Shown: positions 24,263 to 29,719 of the stretch, piece by piece
Numbering within the stretch: the stretch's first letter is position 1
How the letters are laid out: each line of letters opens with the position of its first letter
Assembly (NCBI GenBank): GCA_042219045.1
Contig: JBDGQO010000023.1
Location: 1-29,719 of the forward strand
Reading direction: 5' to 3'
Origin: Candidatus Bipolaricaulia bacterium
GTDB lineage: Bacteria > Bipolaricaulota > Bipolaricaulia > RBG-16-55-9
Length of the DNA stretch: 29,719 nt
Made by a program: the position numbers and the translations under genes
The notes under the pieces: model-generated
Told to the model about the DNA's origin: nothing
Seen by the model: the letters and a program-made list of their open reading frames with translations, nothing else
Databases searched by the model: none

Positions 24263-27200
24263 TCAGTACGAATACTCGAGAAGCAGGTTGAACTGTAGTG
24301 CCTGTCGACCACTGAGGGAGCGAAGCAGCAGGTAATCGGTGAGTCGGTACTCAAGGGTAACGTCCGGAATGTAGACCGATGGCCCGGTGGGACCCTGCGC
24401 GGACGGATCGGTCACGGGTTGCTCAACGGACACAAAAAATCTCGGCGTGAGGTAACGGCCGAAGGTAAAGTACGATCGCCCGCCTGCGCGCACCTGAAGA
24501 CGAACGACGTCGAGCCCAAGCTCATTGGCGGCGAGGCTCTCGACGAGGTTGGCCGCCTGACTCAGGGCTACCTGGGTCGCGATGTTGTCCCCTCCGGACC
24601 CTCCACCAAGAACCGCATCGGCGGGCCGCCCGGTCGCCAAGTACGACAGGATGTTGCGGGTGCTCATGGAGGGTTCGGAGGAGAGGGAGGTCGAAAGGTT
24701 TCCGAGACGACCCTCCAGGGACAGCGTGATACGAATCTGAGTGCTCGACGTACCCCGGGCGCGCCGTTCGTAGACCGCCGTCAGATCGAGGAGTGGATCC
24801 GCCGGATTGCCGCTGAAGGACAGAGTGCCGTCTGTAATCTGGAACTCCTGCCCGAACTGCCGAACGGTGCTCTGTCCCTCGATCACGCGGACGGTTCCGA
24901 AGACCTCGAGGTCTTGGTTGGGGGACTTCTGCACGGTCAGGTTCCCGGCAAATTGCACGTTCAGTTCCGGGTTGCTGGTTGAGCGGAGCCACGTGTTCCG
25001 GTCGATTCGGACCGTGAGGTCCAGAGCCAGGGCCTCGTACGGGTCGAACGTGCTCGTATCCGCCATGGTCGGACGAAGGCCAAAGCGTTTTTGGAGGACG
25101 AGCCGGTCCTCGGGACGAAGAGAGACCTGCGCCACAGCGGCGGCGCCCTCAGCGAACGCTTCGGTGTAGTAAATGCTACCGCGCTCCACCCGCACCTGTC
25201 CCGTGAGGTTCGGGCGCCGGACCGTTCCCTGGAGGGTCACGTTGCCGTCGATCACGGCGCGACGATACGCCTGAGTATCGATTGCCAAGAGGTTGGACGC
25301 CGAAAGCTTAAGGTCGTACTCTCCGTCCGTCAGCCTCGGAAAGGAAACGCTCCCCTTTGCGCGAAGGGTGCCGCCATTGCTGGACTCGATCGCCGCCTCG
25401 GTGAGTGTGATCTGGTCGCCAGCCAGTCGTAGGGCAATGGAGCCGTTGCGGTAGGTCGTGCCGAGCGGGGGAACAGTTGCTCCGGCGTCGGAGACAGAAG
25501 CAGTGCCGGACAGCGCTGGCTGGTTGGGGGTCCCGCGGATCGAAATGTCCCCAGAAAGCGTCCCCTCTACCGAGCGCAGGGTCGACGGGTCGAGGAATGG
25601 ATCGATCCAGTTTATCGGGAACTGACGCGTCGAAGCGTCGAACCGAATGGGACGCTCGGACACCGTCACCGTCGTTGGGGCCCGGAGGCGGAGGTCGGCC
25701 GGCACGGAGCCCTCGGCCGTCAGGACGGGGCCCGTTGTGTGCGTGAGCTTCGCCCGCACAGATGTCGCAAAATCGTTGTACCCAACCTCCAGGCGAAGCG
25801 TCCCCACCGGGCTTTGGTTCGTGCGGAAGTCGAGATCAAGCGTCCCGTCGAGTGTCGGGTCGGACGCCGTGCCGGTGAGGGTAAGGGTGCCCGCCAGGGT
25901 TCCGGCCAGGCCTGGGAAGCCGACCAGTGGGGCAATGGGGCCGAGGCGGACATTCTCGGCGGTGACGATGAGACTTTGGCGCCCGGTGAAGGCGACGGTC
26001 CCATCCACGGCGATCTGCTGCGCGCCGCTCCGGAAGAGCAATCGGTCCACGCTGTAGTTGTCGCCCGCCACAATCGTAGTCTCTTGCTGGAGCGACCATC
26101 GGTCCGGCCCTAGCTGGAAGGTAAGCTGTCGAAGACGGAGGGTGGTCGGGGTGGCCTGCGGTCGGAGGGTTGCCTCGAGGGTCGCGCGATCGTTTCGGTC
26201 GAACTGAACGTCTGCCGAGAGATCGATGGAAGTCCCGTTGTAGAGCGCGTCGAAGCGCACCTGGGTTCCCATGAACCGGGAGACAGAAAGAGCCTCCGCT
26301 GTGCCCTTGAGCTCCATCCGTCCAAGCAACTGATCGGTACCGCGCCGACCGGTGAATGAAAGCTGAGCGCTGCCGAGCTGCACGGCCTCGTAGGCGAGCC
26401 CCTCCACAGACAAGCGCCCCTCGATCCGCTGCTGGCCGACGGCTCCGAAGACCTGGGCGTCGACCTGTCCTTCCTGAAGCCGGAAGCGGTCGGCCTCAAG
26501 AAGCCGGCGCAGTGGAGCGGCGCTAGAAACAGTAGCCCGAAACGAGAAATCGGATAGCCCTGCCTCCCGGACGAGGGCGATCGATCCCTGTCCCTGTCCC
26601 TCGAAGGCGTTCGACGAGACGGAGAAGGTATCGACACTGAGAAGTCCATTCCGGAGCGTCCCGCGCCCCCTCAGCGAGTCGAGGCGGAGACGATCGGCCC
26701 GGATGGACCCCGCCGAGAAGCGTGTGGAGGCCTCCACGTTCGTCAGTGCGGTCCCCCGGCCCGTGAGGGTCCACTGTGCGGTGCCGAGGCGGGCCTGCGT
26801 GGTGTCGAGCCCAACCAGAGCGTCCGCATCGATTGAGCGGGCCGAGGCCCGGAGCGCGTACGACGGCCGGCGGTCCAGGCTGTCGAGGTGGCCGCTGAGC
26901 CGAAGAGCGCCTCCGGCCACCGCCATCCGGCCATCGGCCGTCAGACGACCGTCGTCCGCGGCGACCGTGAGGCGGCCCTCCGAGAGCGAAGCCTGGTTGA
27001 TCGAAGAGTTCCGGAAAGTGAGCTCCGAATGTAGGGCAAGGGTCGGGAGTCGTGTGTCCCGTACCGTCATGGTGAGAGCTCCGGAGAGCTGGGTTGTTAA
27101 GTCGGGCACGCCGGCGATCGCTCCCACGTCCAGGTTCTCGAACGAGCCCTCTGAGACGTGGTAGCGGGGCACGGAAGCAAAGGGACGACCGTTCAGCACG

Positions 27201-29440
27201 AACTGCGCCGCTCCGTGCGGGCTGTCCAGGGACAGGTCGGCCCGAAGCGTGCTGTCCTGCAGGGACACGGCGGCGGAAGCCCTCGAAATCCGCTGCCGGT
27301 TTACCCGAGAAGAGTCCAGCGTGAGGCGCGCGTCCAGCCGAAGCGCGTCGGGGGTCGTGCCCCGCACGTGACCCTGGATCGTCCCGAAGAGGGCGCTCGA
27401 CTGCGTCGTGTCCTGGAGAAAGGGCCCGATATCGACCGCCTGGAAGCGCCCCTCGGTCACTGTGGCAGACGGAACCGGCGCAAAGGGGCGCCCCTTCGCC
27501 GCCAAGGTCCACGTTCCGCCGTTGACCTGCATCGAGGTCTCCGCCGTCAGCTGTCCGGAATCGAGGCGGGCGGTAGTGGTGAGTTGACTCACACGATGAG
27601 GCCCGTACTGGGCCTGCCGGATCTGAACCGCAGCGCGCGCCTGGGCGGTTTGAGGGTCGAAGCCCTGTCCCCGAGCCTGAAGCGAACCGGTGACGCGACT
27701 CTCGGTCGTGTCGCCGACCAGTGCGGCCACGTCCACGTTCTTGAGGCCGACCGAGTCAAGCACGAACTCCTCCGATCCGTCCAGAACCACGTGGCCGGAT
27801 GCCCGGAGCCGCCCGTGGGGAACAGTGAGGGAGCCAGTGGCCTGTGCCCGGTCCGGGCGCAGGCTGAGGGAGAGATTTCCGGCCTCGATGGGCTGTAGGC
27901 CGATCCGGGACGGACGGAGCGTCGCGTCGATGTCGTACCGTGCCGTCTCTGTGGCCATCGACTGGCCTTCGACCTGCACGGTCCCCGCAAGGACGCCCTC
28001 GACCGGGCCGGCAGGAAGGACGGTCGACAACGAAAAGTCCCGGACCTGAGCGGTAAGGTCCATCGAGGGCGCATCCGCGAACGGACGCGCCGAGCCGCGG
28101 AGGGACAGAGCGGTTCCGTTCAGGGTCCCGGTGAGGCGCACCTCAGCGGTTCCGTCCTGGACCGTCGACCGAAAACGAAGCGTAGGGACTCGGACCTCCT
28201 GAAGTCGAGTGTCGGTGAGCCGGGCCTCGACGGTCCCGCTGAGGGCCGTGAGCGCTGGGCCGCGGAGGGACCCGTCGATGGTGCCGCTGAGGGCGTTCCG
28301 GGTGGTATCGAGCGGGCCGATCAGACTGGTGGTAAGGTCTTGCACCTCCGCGTCGAGCACGTACCGGAGCGGAGATGCGTCGGGGGCCCCTTCAGCCCAA
28401 GGGGTGGCCTCGGCGTGGGCCGTAAGGGAGCCCCCGCCGCTGAATTGGGCCTCGGCGTCCAGCATCAAGCGCCGCCCCGACCCGGTTAGGTCCGCGTCCA
28501 GGGCGATGGACTCGCGAGGGTTCACGTCCAGCCCCGGCAGGAAGGCCGTCAGGTCGCGCAGGACGAGCGGGTCGGCTCGGAGGTGGAGGGCAACGTTCTC
28601 CAGCGTGTCCCCGGGTCCCTCGGGAAGGCGGGCCGTGCCGTGGCCTCGCACTCGACTTCGCTGAGAGGTGAGGTGGAGGGTGTCGAGCCGGACGTGGGAC
28701 GCGGAGAGCTCTCCCCGAGCTCCCAGCCGCAGGGCCGTCGTATCGGCGGGAAGGTGCGCGCGGAGGCCGAGCGTGTCGAGATGGCCCCCCGGCGAGGGGC
28801 CCGTAGTGAGCGCATGGGCCCTCAGGGCGAGGTTCCGGATGCGGGCGGTTGAGTCCCGGCCGCCCGCGTAGAACTTCGCTGTAAACTGCCCTCCAGCAAG
28901 GCGGATGCGGTCGATCTGTATCGCTCCTCCCGCTGTACTCGTGTCCCCGGACGTGCCCGAGGGCATCAGGCGGAGCCAGTCCCAGGTCGAGTCCGCAGCC
29001 TGTCGCATGGTGACGGAGGGGCCGCGCACTCGCACCTTCGTGAGGTGAACGCGTCCCCACAGGAGATCCTTGAGGTCGTACTGGGCCGCGAGGGTGTCAA
29101 CGTGGGCCATCGTAAGGGGAGTCCCAGACGCGCTGTCGGTTCGCGTGAGCGACACGTCTACGAGCCGCAGAGAGCGGATCCAGCTCCCCGACGCCCGCTC
29201 GACGGTAAGGGTGGTCCGCGGAAGCGGATTGGCCTGGCGGGCGAGGAACTGGGCCGCGGCGGTGGCGCCGGGATCGGTCTGCAGGCCAAGCAGGAGAAGC
29301 GCGGCCAGAAGCAGAACGGTTCCGACCAATCCCCCAAGTCCCCAGCACACGCGGTGTCCCCACTGACGAAGACGAGAGCGACTCTCGTCCTCGGGGGACG
29401 ACTCGGGATTAGGACCGGGTGATGAGGAAGCGTTGGGCAC
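24263..29440 (-). CDS. tamB: Translocation and assembly module TamB (AsmA-like, C-terminal DUF490)
   Basis: 1725 aa with an N-terminal signal-anchor (VCWGLGGLVGTVLLLAALLLLGLQT), long beta-rich repeats, and a C-terminal FGQEFQITDGTLSFSGNPADPLLDLTA...LSSEPSMSTRNILSYLATGR...GRYLTPRFFVSVEQ...LLLEYSY. Directly downstream of an Omp85 gene. Confidence 0.9.
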   Translation of the reverse strand: MPNASSSPGPNPESSPEDESRSRLRQWGHRVCWGLGGLVGTVLLLAALLLLGLQTDPGATAAAQFLARQANPLPRTTLTVERASGSWIRSLRLVDVSLTRTDSASGTPLTMAHVDTLAAQYDLKDLLWGRVHLTKVRVRGPSVTMRQAADSTWDWLRLMPSGTSGDTSTAGGAIQIDRIRLAGGQFTAKFYAGGRDSTARIRNLALRAHALTTGPSPGGHLDTLGLRAHLPADTTALRLGARGELSASHVRLDTLHLTSQRSRVRGHGTARLPEGPGDTLENVALHLRADPLVLRDLTAFLPGLDVNPRESIALDADLTGSGRRLMLDAEAQFSGGGSLTAHAEATPWAEGAPDASPLRYVLDAEVQDLTTSLIGPLDTTRNALSGTIDGSLRGPALTALSGTVEARLTDTRLQEVRVPTLRFRSTVQDGTAEVRLTGTLNGTALSLRGSARPFADAPSMDLTAQVRDFSLSTVLPAGPVEGVLAGTVQVEGQSMATETARYDIDATLRPSRIGLQPIEAGNLSLSLRPDRAQATGSLTVPHGRLRASGHVVLDGSEEFVLDSVGLKNVDVAALVGDTTESRVTGSLQARGQGFDPQTAQARAAVQIRQAQYGPHRVSQLTTTARLDSGQLTAETSMQVNGGTWTLAAKGRPFAPVPSATVTEGRFQAVDIGPFLQDTTQSSALFGTIQGHVRGTTPDALRLDARLTLDSSRVNRQRISRASAAVSLQDSTLRADLSLDSPHGAAQFVLNGRPFASVPRYHVSEGSFENLDVGAIAGVPDLTTQLSGALTMTVRDTRLPTLALHSELTFRNSSINQASLSEGRLTVAADDGRLTADGRMAVAGGALRLSGHLDSLDRRPSYALRASARSIDADALVGLDTTQARLGTAQWTLTGRGTALTNVEASTRFSAGSIRADRLRLDSLRGRGTLRNGLLSVDTFSVSSNAFEGQGQGSIALVREAGLSDFSFRATVSSAAPLRRLLEADRFRLQEGQVDAQVFGAVGQQRIEGRLSVEGLAYEAVQLGSAQLSFTGRRGTDQLLGRMELKGTAEALSVSRFMGTQVRFDALYNGTSIDLSADVQFDRNDRATLEATLRPQATPTTLRLRQLTFQLGPDRWSLQQETTIVAGDNYSVDRLLFRSGAQQIAVDGTVAFTGRQSLIVTAENVRLGPIAPLVGFPGLAGTLAGTLTLTGTASDPTLDGTLDLDFRTNQSPVGTLRLEVGYNDFATSVRAKLTHTTGPVLTAEGSVPADLRLRAPTTVTVSERPIRFDASTRQFPINWIDPFLDPSTLRSVEGTLSGDISIRGTPNQPALSGTASVSDAGATVPPLGTTYRNGSIALRLAGDQITLTEAAIESSNGGTLRAKGSVSFPRLTDGEYDLKLSASNLLAIDTQAYRRAVIDGNVTLQGTVRRPNLTGQVRVERGSIYYTEAFAEGAAAVAQVSLRPEDRLVLQKRFGLRPTMADTSTFDPYEALALDLTVRIDRNTWLRSTSNPELNVQFAGNLTVQKSPNQDLEVFGTVRVIEGQSTVRQFGQEFQITDGTLSFSGNPADPLLDLTAVYERRARGTSSTQIRITLSLEGRLGNLSTSLSSEPSMSTRNILSYLATGRPADAVLGGGSGGDNIATQVALSQAANLVESLAANELGLDVVRLQVRAGGRSYFTFGRYLTPRFFVSVEQPVTDPSAQGPTGPSVYIPDVTLEYRLTDYLLLRSLSGRQALQFNLLLEYSY

Positions 29441-29476
29441 GGAGCGTGCAGGAGAAGGATCGAGGCGGTGTCGAGG

Positions 29477-29719
29477 CTAAAACGATCGCCCGATGCCGAA
29501 GTGAAGGCGGAATCGACGGATAAGCTTCGGGGGCGGGAGCGGCTTGCCTTTTCGGACTGCAGTCCGCACGCTCGAGGGCGACCGGAGGTCCAGGCGGTCG
29601 GGCGTCAGCTTGAACGCGACGTCCACGCGCAGGAACCCAAAGGACGTTTTGTATCGGAGCCCAACGCCCGACCCCACTAGCAACTGGGTGGGCTCCGTGC
29701 TGATGGGGCGCCCGTCGGG
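29477..29719 (-). CDS. Omp85 family outer-membrane protein (TamA/BamA-like), 3' end only
   Basis: The frame is open to the window edge. C-terminus VGSGVGLRYKTSFGFLRVDVAFKL...FRLHFGIGRSF has the Omp85 beta-signal with terminal Phe. Adjacent to tamB, so probably tamA. Confidence 0.88.
   Translation of the reverse strand, partial: PDGRPISTEPTQLLVGSGVGLRYKTSFGFLRVDVAFKLTPDRLDLRSPSSVRTAVRKGKPLPPPKLIRRFRLHFGIGRSF

Noticed and set aside
24263..29719. TamAB as the dedicated exporter of the giant proteins
   Set aside because: The proteins carry T9SS-type tails, not autotransporter barrels, and tamAB is separated from them by housekeeping genes. Proximity alone is not evidence.

Overview
GC-rich bacterial window. 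The very acidic secreted proteins with type IX secretion (T9SS)-type C-terminal sorting tails suggest a halophilic member of the Rhodothermota/Bacteroidota, probably Salinibacter-like; this is an inference. The right half (18.3-29.7 kb) is ordinary core genome: pyrB, pyrR, a DUF58 protein, a small lipoprotein, a membrane protein, an AI-2E family transporter, tamB and the 3' end of a TamA/BamA-family gene. The left half is a cell-surface locus. It begins with a leftward secreted Ig-domain protein missed by the ORF track. A ~1.5 kb divergent spacer follows, with two near-consensus sigma70-type promoters and a long, hairpin-rich leader. These precede a probable four-gene operon: three very large signal-peptide, T9SS-tail proteins and a small membrane protein. 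Together the three large proteins carry about five N-terminal cohesin-like modules, two dockerin-like modules and two further degenerate cohesin-like modules just before the sorting tail. They have no recognisable catalytic domain. The genes are separated by strong stem-loops that lack U-tracts. The most interesting reading is a non-cellulosomal, T9SS-exported cohesin-dockerin surface scaffold (adhesin or S-layer-like), possibly with RNA-level control of stoichiometry. All domain calls were made by eye from motifs and need HMM or structure confirmation.
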